A DNA stretch of 64,000 nucleotides from Escherichia coli (GTDB taxonomy: Bacteria; Pseudomonadota; Gammaproteobacteria; Enterobacterales; Enterobacteriaceae): NCBI RefSeq assembly GCF_017348835.2, contig NZ_CP071375.1, one strand, 5' to 3'. The notes beneath the pieces are model-generated. The model was not told where the DNA came from, ran no database searches, and was given only the letters and a program-made list of their open reading frames with translations. Each line of letters opens with the position of its first letter. Position 1 is the first letter of the stretch. The position numbers were made by a program, and so were the translations under genes. Below, in pieces: positions 1-13,532 of this stretch.

Positions 1-2330
1 AGTGGCCCGTCAACGTGGATTAAGGTCAGCGGTTCTGGCAGAGAAAGATTGATGGGCGACGATAAACCCGGTTCCAGCATTTGCAGCGCGCTGCCGACCA
101 CTTCTTCCAGCGTTAACCACTCTTTCTTCAAATTAAAGCCGCCGGACTGAATTCGCGCCATATCCAGTAGATTATTCACCAGTCGGGTAGTGTTCAGCAC
201 GTGCTGACGGATCTCGCTGGCCTGGCGGGCGTGGGGTGATCCTTCGCTTGCCAGATCGAGCGTTAAGATTTCTGCCTGACCAAACAGCACCGTAAGCGGA
301 GTGCGTAAATCATGCGAAAGCGCCGCCAGCAGGGCGTTACGGATCTGTTCACGTTCGCTTGCCATCCGCGCCTGTTCTTCGCTGGCGGTCAGCGTCAGCC
401 GCTCAAGCGCATTGGCGACTAACAGCGTAAACGTCTCCAGCAGGCGCTGCTGTTCCGGGATCATCAACTGACGCAGATTCCCCGGTTCCACCACCACCAG
501 CCCGTAGGTTTTCTCACCGCTTTTTAACGGCAAAATCTGGTACGGCACGCCGGGTAACGTGTCGGTGCCCGCACCCGCAGGCAGGCCTTTATCAAAACTC
601 CACTGCGCGATGGCATCGTCCCACGGCGTCATTCCTTGCGGATGTGTTAACGGCTGCAATTTACCGTTGTCATCGGGCAACAACACCTGACTGCGGGCAT
701 GAAACGTGGAGGCAATAAATTGTTCGCTGGTGGCGGCGATGTCCTGCGGACTGCGGCCCACCGCCAGAGCTTTCGACATTTCATATAAGTGCCGTGTGCG
801 TTGCTCGCGGTAACGGGCTACCCGCGCCTGATAACGCACACCCGCAGTAAGGTTCCCGATCACCAGCCCGACGGTTAACATCACCGCGAAGGTCAGCAGA
901 TATTGCACATCAGAGACGGCGAGCGTGCCGCGTGGGGCGATAAAAAAGAGATCGAAACTCACCACATTAATGACGGTAGCAACCACCGAAGGCCAGCGTC
1001 CATAAAATAGCGCCACCACCACCACGCCAAGTAGATACAGCATCACCAGGTTGGCGGCATCAAACGCCATCAGCCACTGCATGGCAATTAAGGTGATAAC
1101 GGCGCATAACGCGGCGGCAACCACGCATCCCTGAATCTGTACCCGCCACTTGTCTTTAAAAGAGCGGCTATCCGGCGCGTTGTTAATCGTGCGGGCGGGT
1201 GGTTCATCAAGCGCGACCAGAACCTGATCGAGATCGGGGGCGATGCGCGCCAGCCGGTCAGCAAACGTTTCCCGACGCCACCAGCGGCGCGAGGCTGGGC
1301 GACCGAGAATAATCTTACCGAGATTATGTTCACGGGCATAACGCACTACCGCTTTCTCTTCCGCTGGATCAGAAAGTGTTGCCGTCTCCGCGCCCAGCTC
1401 CTGCGCCAGACGTAAGGCGCTGAGAATTGCCCGACGTTTTTTCTCCGGTAAGCGATGCAGGGCAGGGGTTTCAACATACACCGCGTGCCAGACGCTCCCC
1501 AGCCGTGACGCCAGCCGCGCCGCCGCGCGGACCAGTTTTTCGCTGCCGGTGTTATGGCCGATGCATAAAAGGATCGCGTCGCGCGTGTGCCAGACTTTCT
1601 CTTCGCCAGGATGCCCCCGCCAGGCGCGCATTTGCTCATCAACGCGATCGGCAGTACGGCGCAGTGCCAGTTCGCGCAGGGCGATCAGATTGCCTTTGCG
1701 GAAAAAATGTTCAATGGCGCGCTCCGCCTGCCCGGCAATATAGACTTTGCCTTCTTTCAGCCGCTGGCGCAGATCGTCCGGGGGCAAGTCCACCAGAACC
1801 ACGTCGTCGGCGGCATCGAAAAAAGGATCGGGCACGGTTTCCCGTACCTGAATTCCGGTGACGCCGCTGACCACATCATTCAGGCTTTCCAGATGTTGAA
1901 CGTTGACGGTAGTGAAAACATCAATACCAACTTCCAGCAGTTCTTCGATATCCTGCCAGCGTTTGGGATGACGGGAACCTGGCGCATTACTGTGCGCCAG
2001 TTCGTCCATTAAGATCAGCGCCGGGCGGCGGGCGAGGGCGGCATCGAGATCAAACTCGCTTATATGCCGCCCACGGTACGCCTGGCGTTTTAACGGCAGA
2101 ACAGCCAGCCCTTCCAGCATGGCGGCGGTATCTTTTCGCCCGTGGGTTTCTACCACGCCAACCACAATATCCAGCCCTTGCGCCCGCAGTCGCTGGGCTT
2201 CTGCCAGCATCGCCCAGGTCTTCCCGACGCCTGCGCAGGCACCGAAGAAAACTTTCAGCTTCCCCCGATGCGGCGCGGCAGTTTGTTCCAGCAGACGATC
2301 GGGGTCGGGACGTAAGGGTTCGTTATTCAT
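1..2330 (-). CDS. kdpD: Sensor histidine kinase KdpD, truncated by the window start (N-terminal ~776 codons present)
   Basis: Minus-strand frame is open from ATG at 2330 to position 1. It is absent from the ORF track because no stop lies in the window. Translation begins [14 protein letters not shown] and reads ...[16 protein letters not shown] at the window edge, matching remembered E. coli KdpD. Its start overlaps the kdpC stop. Confidence 0.93.
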   Translation of the reverse strand, partial: MNNEPLRPDPDRLLEQTAAPHRGKLKVFFGACAGVGKTWAMLAEAQRLRAQGLDIVVGVVETHGRKDTAAMLEGLAVLPLKRQAYRGRHISEFDLDAALARRPALILMDELAHSNAPGSRHPKRWQDIEELLEVGIDVFTTVNVQHLESLNDVVSGVTGIQVRETVPDPFFDAADDVVLVDLPPDDLRQRLKEGKVYIAGQAERAIEHFFRKGNLIALRELALRRTADRVDEQMRAWRGHPGEEKVWHTRDAILLCIGHNTGSEKLVRAAARLASRLGSVWHAVYVETPALHRLPEKKRRAILSALRLAQELGAETATLSDPAEEKAVVRYAREHNLGKIILGRPASRRWWRRETFADRLARIAPDLDQVLVALDEPPARTINNAPDSRSFKDKWRVQIQGCVVAAALCAVITLIAMQWLMAFDAANLVMLYLLGVVVVALFYGRWPSVVATVINVVSFDLFFIAPRGTLAVSDVQYLLTFAVMLTVGLVIGNLTAGVRYQARVARYREQRTRHLYEMSKALAVGRSPQDIAATSEQFIASTFHARSQVLLPDDNGKLQPLTHPQGMTPWDDAIAQWSFDKGLPAGAGTDTLPGVPYQILPLKSGEKTYGLVVVEPGNLRQLMIPEQQRLLETFTLLVANALERLTLTASEEQARMASEREQIRNALLAALSHDLRTPLTVLFGQAEILTLDLASEGSPHARQASEIRQHVLNTTRLVNNLLDMARIQSGGFNLKKEWLTLEEVVGSALQMLEPGLSSPINLSLPEPLTLIHVDGP

Positions 2331-2895
2331 CAAGTTTATCCAGCGCCAGATTGAGTTCGACAATGTTGACGATCGGCTGGCCGATATATTTCACCAGTGG
2401 TTGTTGGCTGTATTTTGCGATCAGTTGCGTGAGCTGTTCAACGCTGAGATTACGCGCTTTCGCTACGCGTGGGATCTGCCAGGCCGCCGCTTGTGGGGTG
2501 ATGTTATTGTCCAGCCCGCTTGCCGACGCCGTCACCAGTTCAACCGGAACGTTCGCGCTGGCATCCGGGTTAGTGGCCCGTAATGCAGCAACGCGTGCGG
2601 CTATTAGTTTATTCAGCTCAGGGTTACTGACTGCCAGATTGCTCCCGCCAGAAGCCTGTGGATTATAGGGCATTTCTGCCGTTGCCGACGGGCGACCATG
2701 AAAATAGCCGTTGCCGGTAAAATTCTGCCCGATTAATGCCGAACCGCGCACCGTATCACCTTCACGAATCAACGAACCATTGGCCTGCCAGGGAAACCAC
2801 CATTGCCCCAGCACGGTGGTCAGCAGCGGGTAAACGCCGCCAGTAATCAATAACAGAAAGATAAATGTCGATAATGCCGGACGTAATCCACCCAT
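2323..2895 (-). CDS. kdpC: Potassium-transporting ATPase subunit KdpC
   Basis: Track ORF 2323..2919 trimmed to the ATG at 2895 ([16 protein letters not shown]...), giving 190 aa as in E. coli KdpC. It starts 8 nt after the kdpB stop. Confidence 0.9.
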   Translation of the reverse strand: MGGLRPALSTFIFLLLITGGVYPLLTTVLGQWWFPWQANGSLIREGDTVRGSALIGQNFTGNGYFHGRPSATAEMPYNPQASGGSNLAVSNPELNKLIAARVAALRATNPDASANVPVELVTASASGLDNNITPQAAAWQIPRVAKARNLSVEQLTQLIAKYSQQPLVKYIGQPIVNIVELNLALDKLDE

Positions 2896-2903
2896 GGTAA
2901 ACC

Positions 2904-4952
2904 TCACACCAGACCGCAAACGGTCAGCAGTAAATCAATGACTTTGATACCAATAAACGGCACCAGCAGCCCACCCAGACCGTAAATCCATAAGTTACGG
3001 CGCAACATGGCAGAAGCGGTAAGCGGTTTATAACTCACGCCTTTTAACGCCAGGGGAATCAAAAAGACGATAATCAAGGCGTTGAAAATAACCGCACTGA
3101 GAATGGCGGAGTCGGGCGAATGCAGGCGCATGATGTTCAGCGCATTTAACTGCGGATACGTTACCGCGAATGCCGCCGGAATAATGGCGAAGTATTTCGC
3201 CACATCGTTGGCAATGCTGAAGGTGGTCAGCGAGCCACGGGTCATCAGCATCTGTTTGCCAATATGTACCACCTCGATCAACTTGGTCGGGTTAGAGTCG
3301 AGATCCACCATATTGCCCGCTTCTTTCGCCGCCTGAGTACCAGAGTTCATCGCCACCGCGACATCTGCCTGCGCCAGCGCCGGAGCATCGTTGGTGCCGT
3401 CGCCGGTCATCGCTACCAAACGGCCTTCCGCCTGATACTGACGGATCAATGCCAGCTTGGCCTCCGGTGTCGCTTCGGCGAGAAAATCATCGACGCCCGC
3501 TTCCGCGGCAATGGCGGCGGCAGTCAGACGGTTATCGCCGGTAATCATCACCGTTTTAATACCCATTTTGCGCAGCTGGGCGAAGCGTTCTTTAATGCCG
3601 CCTTTGACGATATCTTTCAACGCAATAACGCCCAGCACACGAGAACCTTCCACCACTACCAGCGGCGTGGCTCCCTGACGCGCAACCTGATCGACTTTTT
3701 GATCAACATCGGCAGGGAAGTGACCACCGTTAGCCTCAACGTGGCGGCGAATGGCATCGACAGAACCTTTACGGATCATGCGGTTGTCGATGTTGATCCC
3801 GCTCATCCGGCTTTGCGCAGTAAACGGTACAAAGGTGGCATGGAGCGACTGCACATCGCGCTCGCGCAGGTTAAAACGCTGCTTGGCGAGGATCACAATA
3901 CTGCGGCCTTCCGGCGTTTCATCAGCCAGCGAAGCCAGTTGTGCGGCGTCAGCCAGCGTTTTTTCATCCACGCCCTGCGCAGGGATAAACTCCGATGCCT
4001 GACGGTTACCGAGCGTGATGGTGCCGGTTTTATCCAGCAGCAAGACGTCAACGTCACCCGCCGCTTCAACCGCCCGCCCGCTGGTGGCAATCACATTCGC
4101 GCCCAGCATCCGACTCATCCCGGCGACGCCGATCGCTGACAACAGGCCGCCAATAGTGGTTGGGATCAGACAGACCAGCAGCGCCACCAGTACCGTTACG
4201 CTGACTGCATTACCGCCCCACGCGGAAAACGGCCACAGTGTGGCGGTTGCCAGTAAAAAGACGATAGTCAGGGCAATCAGCAGGATGGTCAGGGCAATCT
4301 CGTTCGGCGTTTTGCGTCGCTGTGCGCCTTCCACCATCGCGATCATCCGATCCAGAAATGTCTCGCCGGGGTTAACGCTACACTCAATCACCAGCCAGTC
4401 AGAAAGAATACGCGTGCCGCCGGTGACGGAGGCAAAATCGCCGCCGGATTCACGGATCACCGGTGCCGATTCCCCGGTGATGGCGCTTTCATCGACCGAT
4501 GCGCCGCCTTCAATGACTTCACCATCGCAGGGGATAATATCGCCAGCTTCTACCAGCACGATGTCACCTTTACGCAGTTGATCGGCAGGAACTTTGTCTG
4601 CCACAGCGCCATATTTCGGTTCGCGCAGCTTGCGAGCAAAAGCAGTTTTTTTCACTCCTTTCAGACTGTTGGCCTGCGCTTTACTGCGGCCTTCTGCCAG
4701 CGCCTCGGCGAAATTAGCGAACAGTACGGTGATCCACAGCCAACCGCTAATGGCCGCGCTAAACAGCGCATTGCCGGGCATCGCACCGCTTGCCATCGCG
4801 ATGCTAATACAGGTGGTCAGCAGACTGCCGATCCAGACGATAAACATCACCGGATTGCGCCATTGCGCCTGCGGGTTTAATTTTTTCACCGCTTCTTTCA
4901 GCGCCTGAACGACAAGTGTTGGTTCGAATAGCGCCAGTTGTTTACGACTCAT
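2904..4952 (-). CDS. kdpB: Potassium-transporting P-type ATPase catalytic subunit KdpB
   Basis: 682-aa ORF. P-type ATPase motifs DKTGTIT, MITGDN and [10 protein letters not shown] are visible. Position in the kdp operon fits. Confidence 0.97.
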   Translation of the reverse strand: MSRKQLALFEPTLVVQALKEAVKKLNPQAQWRNPVMFIVWIGSLLTTCISIAMASGAMPGNALFSAAISGWLWITVLFANFAEALAEGRSKAQANSLKGVKKTAFARKLREPKYGAVADKVPADQLRKGDIVLVEAGDIIPCDGEVIEGGASVDESAITGESAPVIRESGGDFASVTGGTRILSDWLVIECSVNPGETFLDRMIAMVEGAQRRKTPNEIALTILLIALTIVFLLATATLWPFSAWGGNAVSVTVLVALLVCLIPTTIGGLLSAIGVAGMSRMLGANVIATSGRAVEAAGDVDVLLLDKTGTITLGNRQASEFIPAQGVDEKTLADAAQLASLADETPEGRSIVILAKQRFNLRERDVQSLHATFVPFTAQSRMSGINIDNRMIRKGSVDAIRRHVEANGGHFPADVDQKVDQVARQGATPLVVVEGSRVLGVIALKDIVKGGIKERFAQLRKMGIKTVMITGDNRLTAAAIAAEAGVDDFLAEATPEAKLALIRQYQAEGRLVAMTGDGTNDAPALAQADVAVAMNSGTQAAKEAGNMVDLDSNPTKLIEVVHIGKQMLMTRGSLTTFSIANDVAKYFAIIPAAFAVTYPQLNALNIMRLHSPDSAILSAVIFNALIIVFLIPLALKGVSYKPLTASAMLRRNLWIYGLGGLLVPFIGIKVIDLLLTVCGLV

Positions 4953-4974
4953 ATTCAGTGCTCACTCAATATCA

Positions 4975-6648
4975 TCAGGAGAGATATTCCGCCACCGGAC
5001 CAAGCGCTAGGGCAGGGATAAAGGTCAGTGCGCCAACCAGCAACACGGTGCCGATTAACAGGCCAACAAACAGCGGGCCGTGCGTTGGCAGCGTGCCGGA
5101 GCTGGCGGGTTGGCTCTTTTTACTCACCAGCGAACCGGCAATTGCCATCACCGGGATAATCACCCCGAAGCGACCGACAAACATGCAGAACGCCAGTAAA
5201 CAGTTCCAGAACGGAGAGTTGGCGCTTAATCCGGCAAAGGCGCTGCCGTTGTTGTTAGCGGCGGATGACACGGCGTACAGCACTTCGCTAAAACCATGCG
5301 GGCCAGGGTTGAGCATGGCGCTACGTCCGGCGTCGGTCATCATCGCCAGCGCCGCGCCCATCAGCACCAGTGTTGGAGTAACCAGAATCGCCAGTGCAGT
5401 CAATTTCATCTCACGTACGTCGATTTTTTTACCCAGATATTCCGGTGTACGACCAATCATCAGCCCGGCAATAAACACCGCCAGCAGGACAAACAGCATC
5501 ATGCCGTAAAGACCAGAACCGACACCGCCGAATACCACTTCACCAATTTGCATCAGCCACATCGGCACCATGCCACCGAGAGCGGTAAACGAATCATGCA
5601 TCGCAATCACCGCGCCACAGGAAGCCGCCGTAGTCACGACCGCAAACAGGCTACTGACCAGCACGCCGAAACGGCTCTCTTTACCTTCCATATTGATGCT
5701 GCTGTCCGCGCCCAGTGCCAGCAGATGCGGATTACCCTGAACTTCTGCCCACATCACCACGCCTACGCAGATGACAAAAATCACTGACATCGCCCACAGC
5801 AACATGCGCCCCTGGCGGCGATCGCCCGTCACTTCACCAAAGGCAAAGCACAGCGCTGTTGGGATCAAGAAGATCGCCAGCATCTGCACGAAGTTGGTCA
5901 GTGCGGTTGGGTTTTCAAACGGATGCGACGAGTTGGCATTAAAGAAGCCACCGCCGTTAGTACCGAGCATCTTGATCGCTTCCTGAGAAGCTACTGGCCC
6001 CATGGGTAACAGCTGTTGCGCTCCTTCAACGGTATTCACTGCCTGATAGGGCAGAAAGTTTTGCAGCGCACCTTGTTGAATAAAAAACAGTGCGATCAAC
6101 AACGCCACAGGGACTAGCACCCATAACGTGATGCGTAGCAGATCGACCCAGGCATTCCCGAGTGTGCTCATGCTCTGGCGAGTAAACGCACGGATGAGGG
6201 CAAAAATCACCGCAATCCCGCTGGCGGCAGAAAGAAAGTTTTGTACCGTTAAGCCCGCCATCTGGCTGAAATAGCTCAACGTGGTTTCACCGCTATAAGA
6301 TTGCCAGTTGGTATTGGTGACAAAGCTGACGGCGGTATTCAGCGCCAGATCCCACGACAGCCCCGGCAACTGCTGTGGATTAAGCGGCAGATAGTGCTGA
6401 CCGAGCAACATAAAAAAAAGCACCGCCAGCCCCAGCATGTTCAGGCCGAGAATGGCACAGAGATATTGCTTCCAGTTCATCTCATGGTCAGAGACGCCAG
6501 GTAAACGAAAGAGTACGCGTTCAACGCCCGCTGTACCGGGAAGAGATATGTCATTAATCAGCCGTGCCAGCCCGCTGCCTAAAGGGCGCGCCAGCACCAT
6601 TAACACCAGTAAAAACGTGGCGATCAGTAAGAACCCTTGCGCAGCCAT
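4975..6648 (-). CDS. kdpA: Potassium-transporting ATPase K+-binding subunit KdpA
   Basis: Track ORF 4975..6792 trimmed to the ATG at 6648 ([24 protein letters not shown]...), giving 557 aa. Polytopic membrane protein. Its start overlaps the kdpF stop by 1 nt. Confidence 0.93.
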   Translation of the reverse strand: MAAQGFLLIATFLLVLMVLARPLGSGLARLINDISLPGTAGVERVLFRLPGVSDHEMNWKQYLCAILGLNMLGLAVLFFMLLGQHYLPLNPQQLPGLSWDLALNTAVSFVTNTNWQSYSGETTLSYFSQMAGLTVQNFLSAASGIAVIFALIRAFTRQSMSTLGNAWVDLLRITLWVLVPVALLIALFFIQQGALQNFLPYQAVNTVEGAQQLLPMGPVASQEAIKMLGTNGGGFFNANSSHPFENPTALTNFVQMLAIFLIPTALCFAFGEVTGDRRQGRMLLWAMSVIFVICVGVVMWAEVQGNPHLLALGADSSINMEGKESRFGVLVSSLFAVVTTAASCGAVIAMHDSFTALGGMVPMWLMQIGEVVFGGVGSGLYGMMLFVLLAVFIAGLMIGRTPEYLGKKIDVREMKLTALAILVTPTLVLMGAALAMMTDAGRSAMLNPGPHGFSEVLYAVSSAANNNGSAFAGLSANSPFWNCLLAFCMFVGRFGVIIPVMAIAGSLVSKKSQPASSGTLPTHGPLFVGLLIGTVLLVGALTFIPALALGPVAEYLS

Positions 6649-6737
6649 CAGAACGCCTCCGCATTGATCAGGGCATAAACCAGATAACCCAGTAATAAAA
6701 ACACCAGCAATACGCCGGCTATCACGCCTGCACTCAC
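6648..6737 (-). CDS. kdpF: Small inner-membrane subunit KdpF (29 aa)
   Basis: GTG at 6737 followed by [28 protein letters not shown] and a stop. This is the 3' part of the 67-aa track ORF 6648..6851 and matches remembered KdpF. It is below the size cutoff as a stand-alone ORF. Confidence 0.8.
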   Translation of the reverse strand: MSAGVIAGVLLVFLLLGYLVYALINAEAF

Positions 6738-6818
6738 AGTGCACCTCCAGTGGCCTAAAAGTGATACCGGAAGGGTAGAATTCTGGCTGCAAAGATTTCG
6801 CAAAAATCTGCGGGTGGG

Positions 6819-6838
6819 GTGTAAAAAAAGTATAAAAA
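6819..6838 (-). promoter_or_regulatory. Candidate KdpE operator in the kdpFABC promoter
   Basis: The minus strand reads TTTTTATACTTTTTTTACAC about 80 nt upstream of the kdpF start. This is the T-rich direct-repeat element I recall as the KdpE-binding region. Confidence 0.55.
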
Positions 6839-7049
6839 TGGCAAAAGCCATGATTTAACTAATGTTTAGTATTAATTTAACTTTTGTGTAACTTAATTAC
6901 AGGGTGAATGTAAATAAACCATCAATAAGCAAAAATAAGTGGTCGGATGAGTAGTAAAATTACACAAAAGGCGGTACTATTTTCATCAGATAAACAAATT
7001 CATTTTTCCGGTGCTATTCACCGGGTAGATACAAAAGGGGGAGAAAAGT

Positions 7050-7256
7050 ATGGAACTCTACAGAGAATATCCTGCATGGCTTATCTTTTTACGCCGTACT
7101 TATGCGGTTGCAGCGGGCGTTCTGGCGCTGCCTTTCATGCTTTTCTGGAAAGACCGCGCCCGCTTTTACAGCTACCTGCATCGCGTCTGGTCGAAAACCA
7201 GCGATAAACCGGTGTGGATGGATCAGGCCGAAAAGGCAACTGGTGATTTTTACTGA
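7050..7256 (+). CDS. ybfA: Small membrane protein YbfA
   Basis: 68-aa [36 protein letters not shown]..., matching remembered E. coli YbfA. Confidence 0.85.
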
Positions 7257-7278
7257 TTGCTGAGTTCTGAATACATTG

Positions 7279-7314
7279 AAAACCGCTAGTGGAAACGCTG
7301 GCGGTTTTTTTCTT
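7279..7314 (+). terminator. Probable rho-independent terminator after ybfA
   Basis: AAAACCGC (7279-7286) pairs with GCGGTTTT (7301-7308), followed by a T run. The loop is rather long. Confidence 0.5.
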
Positions 7315-7357
7315 TTCGCCGTCTACACTTACTCCTGTAAACCGTTCAGGAGCAGTA

Positions 7358-7867
7358 ATGAATCAGCAACGATTTGATGACAGCACCCTAATCCGTATCT
7401 TCGCCCTTCATGAGTTACATCGACTGAAAGAACATGGCTTAACGCGCGGGGCGCTTCTCGATTATCACAGCCGCTATAAACTCGTCTTTCTGGCTCATTC
7501 CCAGCCGGAATACCGCAAACTTGGCCCGTTCGTGGCTGATATTCACCAGTGGCAAAATCTGGATGACTATTACAACCAGTACCGCCAACGCGTAGTTGTT
7601 TTGCTTTCTCACCCCGCCAACCGACGTGACCACACCAACGTTTTGATGCACGTTCAGGGTTATTTTCGCCCGCATATTGATTCCACAGAACGCCAGCAGC
7701 TGGCTGCGCTTATCGACAGTTATCGCCGTGGCGAGCAACCGCTTCTTGCGCCGCTGATGCGTATCAAACACTATATGGCGCTTTATCCTGACGCCTGGCT
7801 TTCAGGGCAGCGTTATTTCGAACTTTGGCCGCGTGTGATTAACTTGCGCCATTCAGGAGTTTTATGA
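7358..7867 (+). CDS. ybgA: DUF1722-family protein YbgA (first gene of the ybgA-phr operon)
   Basis: Track ORF 7289..7867 trimmed to the ATG at 7358 (MNQQRFDDSTLIRIF...), giving 169 aa. CAGGAG Shine-Dalgarno lies 6 nt upstream. The stop overlaps the phr ATG. Confidence 0.88.
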   Translation: MNQQRFDDSTLIRIFALHELHRLKEHGLTRGALLDYHSRYKLVFLAHSQPEYRKLGPFVADIHQWQNLDDYYNQYRQRVVVLLSHPANRRDHTNVLMHVQGYFRPHIDSTERQQLAALIDSYRRGEQPLLAPLMRIKHYMALYPDAWLSGQRYFELWPRVINLRHSGVL

Positions 7868-9282
7868 CTACCCATCTGGTCTGGTTTCGCCAGGATTTAC
7901 GTCTGCATGATAATCTCGCGCTGGCTGCCGCCTGCCGCAATTCGTCTGCACGCGTGCTGGCGTTGTATATCGCTACACCACGCCAGTGGGCGGCGCATAA
8001 TATGTCGCCGCGTCAGGCTGAACTTATCAATGCTCAACTGAACGGGCTACAAATCGCGCTGGCGGAAAAAGGCATTCCTTTATTGTTCCGTGAAGTGGAT
8101 GACTTTGCCGCCAGCGTCGAAATAGTTAAACAGGTGTGCGCGGAAAACAGCGTTACTCATCTTTTTTATAACTATCAGTATGAGGTGAATGAGCGGGCGC
8201 GGGATGTGCAGGTTGAGAGAACGCTGCGTAACGTGGTGTGTGAAGGATTTGATGACAGCGTGATCCTGCCGCCTGGCGCGGTGATGACCGGCAATCATGA
8301 GATGTACAAAGTCTTTACGCCTTTTCAAAATGCCTGGCTGAAACGGCTGCGGGAAGGGATGCCGGAGTGCGTCGCTGCACCAAAAGTTCGTAGTAGCGGA
8401 TCGATAAAGCCCGCGCCATCAATTACGCTGAATTATCCTCGTCAGTCTTTCGATACTGCGCATTTTCCGATGGAAGAAAAAGCGGCGATTGCGCAATTAC
8501 GCCAGTTTTGCCAGAACGGTGCCGGAGAATATGAGCAACAACGAGATTTTCCGGCAGTTGAAGGCACCAGCCGTTTGTCCGCCAGCCTGGCAACGGGCGG
8601 GTTATCACCTCGCCAGTGTTTGCATCGCCTGTTGGCGGAACAGCCGCAGGCGCTGGACGGTGGGGCCGGTAGTGTCTGGCTTAGTGAGCTGATCTGGCGC
8701 GAGTTCTACCGTCATCTGATGACGTATTACCCCTCGTTGTGTAAACATCGTCCATTTATTGCCTGGACGGATCGTGTGCAGTGGCAAAGCAATCCCGCCC
8801 ATTTAAAGGCCTGGCAGAAAGGCAAAACGGGATACCCGATTGTTGATGCCGCTATGCGTCAGCTTAACAGCACTGGCTGGATGCATAACCGGCTACGGAT
8901 GATTACAGCCAGTTTTCTGGTGAAAGATTTGTTGATCGACTGGCGCGAAGGCGAGCGATATTTCATGTCGCAGCTGATTGATGGTGATTTGGCAGCCAAT
9001 AACGGTGGCTGGCAGTGGGCGGCTTCTACGGGTACTGATGCAGCGCCGTATTTTCGTATTTTCAACCCGACAACCCAGGGCGAGAAATTTGACCGCGAAG
9101 GCGAGTTTATCCGCCAGTGGCTACCGGAACTACGCAATGTACCGGGGAAATCGGTGCATGAGCCGTGGAAGTGGGCGCAGAAAGCAGGTGTGAAGCTGGA
9201 TTATCCGCAACCGATAGTCGAGCACAAAGAGGCGAGAGTACAAACGTTGGCAGCGTATGAGGCGGCGCGGAAGGGGAAATAA
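7864..9282 (+). CDS. phr: Deoxyribodipyrimidine photolyase
   Basis: 472-aa ORF. Photolyase/cryptochrome C-terminal FAD-domain signatures are present (WREFYRH, DGDLAANNGGWQW). ATGA overlap with ybgA. Confidence 0.96.
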   Translation: MTTHLVWFRQDLRLHDNLALAAACRNSSARVLALYIATPRQWAAHNMSPRQAELINAQLNGLQIALAEKGIPLLFREVDDFAASVEIVKQVCAENSVTHLFYNYQYEVNERARDVQVERTLRNVVCEGFDDSVILPPGAVMTGNHEMYKVFTPFQNAWLKRLREGMPECVAAPKVRSSGSIKPAPSITLNYPRQSFDTAHFPMEEKAAIAQLRQFCQNGAGEYEQQRDFPAVEGTSRLSASLATGGLSPRQCLHRLLAEQPQALDGGAGSVWLSELIWREFYRHLMTYYPSLCKHRPFIAWTDRVQWQSNPAHLKAWQKGKTGYPIVDAAMRQLNSTGWMHNRLRMITASFLVKDLLIDWREGERYFMSQLIDGDLAANNGGWQWAASTGTDAAPYFRIFNPTTQGEKFDREGEFIRQWLPELRNVPGKSVHEPWKWAQKAGVKLDYPQPIVEHKEARVQTLAAYEAARKGK

Positions 9283-9310
9283 CAGACGCGTCAGGCAATC
9301 GAGCCCAGAT

Positions 9311-9420
9311 GCCGGATGCGGCGTGAACGCCTTATCCAGCCTACAAATTTGTGCAAATTCAATAAATTGCAGGAAATACGTAGGCCTGATAAGACGCGTC
9401 AAGCGTCGCATCAGGCATCG
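9311..9420. repeat. REP/BIME cluster between phr and dtpD
   Basis: GCCGGATGCGGCGTGAACGCCTTATCCAGCCTAC and GTAGGCCTGATAAGACGCGTCAAGCGTCGCATCAGGC are canonical E. coli REP palindromes in opposite orientation. Confidence 0.9.
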
Positions 9421-9431
9421 GTGCTGGCCTA

Positions 9432-11096
<1,665 letters not shown>

Positions 11097-11183
11097 TTAA
11101 TATGTCAAAAGATTGGCTATCGACGAACTGGCGAGGTAACGCTATGTTAACGGTGTAGCTATCAGAATACGGAAGGCGCGAAG

Positions 11184-11927
11184 ATGAAAAACACCGAACT
11201 GGAACAACTGATTAACGAAAAACTGAACAGCGCGGCGATTAGTGATTACGCGCCGAATGGTTTGCAGGTAGAAGGCAAAGAGACGGTGCAAAAAATTGTT
11301 ACCGGTGTCACTGCCAGCCAGGCTTTGCTCGATGAGGCAGTGCGTCTGGGCGCGGATGCGGTCATTGTGCATCATGGCTACTTCTGGAAAGGAGAGTCTC
11401 CGGTCATTCGCGGAATGAAGCGTAACCGTTTAAAAACGTTGCTGGCGAATGATATCAACCTGTATGGCTGGCATTTGCCGCTTGACGCACATCCTGAGCT
11501 GGGCAATAACGCACAGCTGGCGGCGTTACTGGGGATCACGGTCATGGGCGAAATTGAGCCGTTGGTGCCGTGGGGCGAACTGACCATGCCTGTGCCGGGA
11601 CTGGAGCTGGCTTCCTGGATTGAAGCGCGTCTGGGACGTAAGCCGTTATGGTGTGGCGATACCGGACCTGAGGTGGTCCAGCGCGTCGCCTGGTGCACGG
11701 GCGGCGGGCAAAGTTTTATCGATAGCGCCGCGCGTTTTGGCGTGGATGCTTTTATTACTGGCGAAGTTTCTGAACAGACCATTCATTCAGCCCGCGAGCA
11801 GGGATTGCATTTTTATGCTGCAGGTCACCATGCCACTGAACGTGGTGGTATTCGCGCATTGAGCGAGTGGCTGAATGAAAATACCGATCTTGATGTGACC
11901 TTTATTGATATTCCTAATCCTGCATAA
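11184..11927 (+). CDS. ybgI: NIF3-family metal-binding protein YbgI (GTP cyclohydrolase 1 type 2 homolog)
   Basis: 247-aa ORF MKNTELEQLINEKLNSAAISDYAPNGLQVEG... with NIF3 His-rich motifs (VIVHHGYFW, AGHHATE). Confidence 0.93.
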   Translation: MKNTELEQLINEKLNSAAISDYAPNGLQVEGKETVQKIVTGVTASQALLDEAVRLGADAVIVHHGYFWKGESPVIRGMKRNRLKTLLANDINLYGWHLPLDAHPELGNNAQLAALLGITVMGEIEPLVPWGELTMPVPGLELASWIEARLGRKPLWCGDTGPEVVQRVAWCTGGGQSFIDSAARFGVDAFITGEVSEQTIHSAREQGLHFYAAGHHATERGGIRALSEWLNENTDLDVTFIDIPNPA

Positions 11928-11949
11928 CGAATAATCAGAGGGATCGAAA

Positions 11950-12606
11950 GTGCAACGAGCGCGTTGTTATCTGATAGGTGAAACGGCGGTAGTGCTGGAA
12001 CTGGAACCGCCGGTGACGCTGGCTAGCCAGAAACGGATCTGGCGACTGGCGCAGCGTCTGGTGGATATGCCGAATGTGGTTGAAGCCATTCCCGGCATGA
12101 ACAATATCACGGTGATTTTGCGTAATCCTGAGTCGCTGGCGCTGGATGCCATAGAGCGTTTGCAACGCTGGTGGGAGGAGAGCGAGGCCCTGGAACCTGA
12201 GTCTCGCTTTATTGAAATTCCGGTGGTTTACGGTGGTGCAGGCGGACCGGATTTGGCGGTGGTCGCGGCGCATTGCGGGTTGAGCGAAAAACAGGTTGTT
12301 GAATTGCACTCCTCCGTGGAATACGTGGTCTGGTTTTTAGGTTTTCAACCGGGCTTCCCGTATCTCGGGAGTTTGCCGGAACAACTACACACGCCACGGC
12401 GCGCTGAACCGCGCTTGCTCGTTCCGGCAGGTTCTGTCGGGATCGGCGGGCCGCAGACTGGTGTTTATCCGCTGGCAACGCCGGGTGGCTGGCAGTTGAT
12501 TGGTCATACCTCACTCAGCCTGTTTGATCCGGCGCGTGACGAACCCATCTTATTACGTCCGGGAGACAGCGTGCGCTTTGTACCGCAAAAGGAGGGAGTA
12601 TGCTGA
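11950..12606 (+). CDS. pxpB: 5-oxoprolinase subunit B (PxpB, formerly YbgJ)
   Basis: 218-aa ORF with a GTG start; allophanate-hydrolase-subunit-1-like. Overlaps pxpC by 7 nt. Order ybgI-pxpB-pxpC-pxpA is as in E. coli. Confidence 0.92.
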
Positions 12607-13532
12607 AGATTATTCGTGCGGGCATGTATACCACTGTGCAAGATGGCGGTCGTCACGGTTTTCGCCAGTCGGGTATCAGCCACTGCGGCGCACTGGATAT
12701 GCCTGCGTTACGCATTGCTAACCTGCTGGTGGGTAATGACGCCAATGCCCCCGCGCTGGAGATCACGCTCGGTCAGTTAACGGTTGAGTTCGAAACTGAT
12801 GGGTGGTTTGCTCTGACGGGTGCCGGTTGCGAAGCGCGGCTGGATGATAATGCCGTCTGGACCGGCTGGCGATTGCCGATGAAAGCAGGCCAGCGTTTAA
12901 CGCTTAAACGCCCGCAGCACGGGATGCGCAGTTATCTGGCGGTCGCGGGTGGTATTGATGTTCCGCCGGTAATGGGATCATGCAGCACCGATCTCAAAGT
13001 GGGGATTGGCGGGCTGGAAGGCCGTTTACTGAAGGATGGTGACCGACTCCCGATTGGCAAATCGAAGCGTGATTTTATGGAAGCGCAGGGCGTTAAACAG
13101 CTGCTGTGGGGCAACCGCATTCGCGCCTTGCCGGGGCCGGAATATCATGAGTTCGATCGCGCCTCGCAGGATGCATTCTGGCGTTCGCCCTGGCAGCTTA
13201 GCTCGCAAAGTAACCGCATGGGCTATCGCTTACAGGGGCAAATTTTAAAACGCACCACCGATCGCGAACTGTTATCTCACGGTTTGTTACCGGGCGTGGT
13301 GCAGGTGCCGCATAACGGGCAGCCGATTGTGTTGATGAACGACGCACAGACCACCGGTGGTTACCCGCGTATTGCCTGTATCATTGAGGCTGATATGTAC
13401 CATCTGGCGCAAATTCCGCTCGGTCAGCCGATTCATTTTGTCCAGTGTTCACTGGAAGAGGCACTGAAAGCGCGGCAAGATCAGCAACGTTATTTTGAAC
13501 AATTAGCGTGGCGGCTGCACAATGAAAATTGA
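12600..13532 (+). CDS. pxpC: 5-oxoprolinase subunit C (PxpC, formerly YbgK)
   Basis: 310-aa [36 protein letters not shown]..., overlapping both neighbours. Confidence 0.92.

Noticed and set aside
1088-2583. Several 60-155-aa track ORFs on both strands at the window start
   Set aside because: All lie inside kdpD. Its true frame is open to the window edge and is therefore missing from the track. The listed ORFs are Arg/Pro/Ala-rich out-of-frame or antisense artefacts.
6648-6851. 67-aa ORF upstream of kdpA
   Set aside because: Only its last 29 codons, starting at the GTG at 6737, correspond to KdpF. The upstream extension would run through the kdp promoter and KdpE operator.
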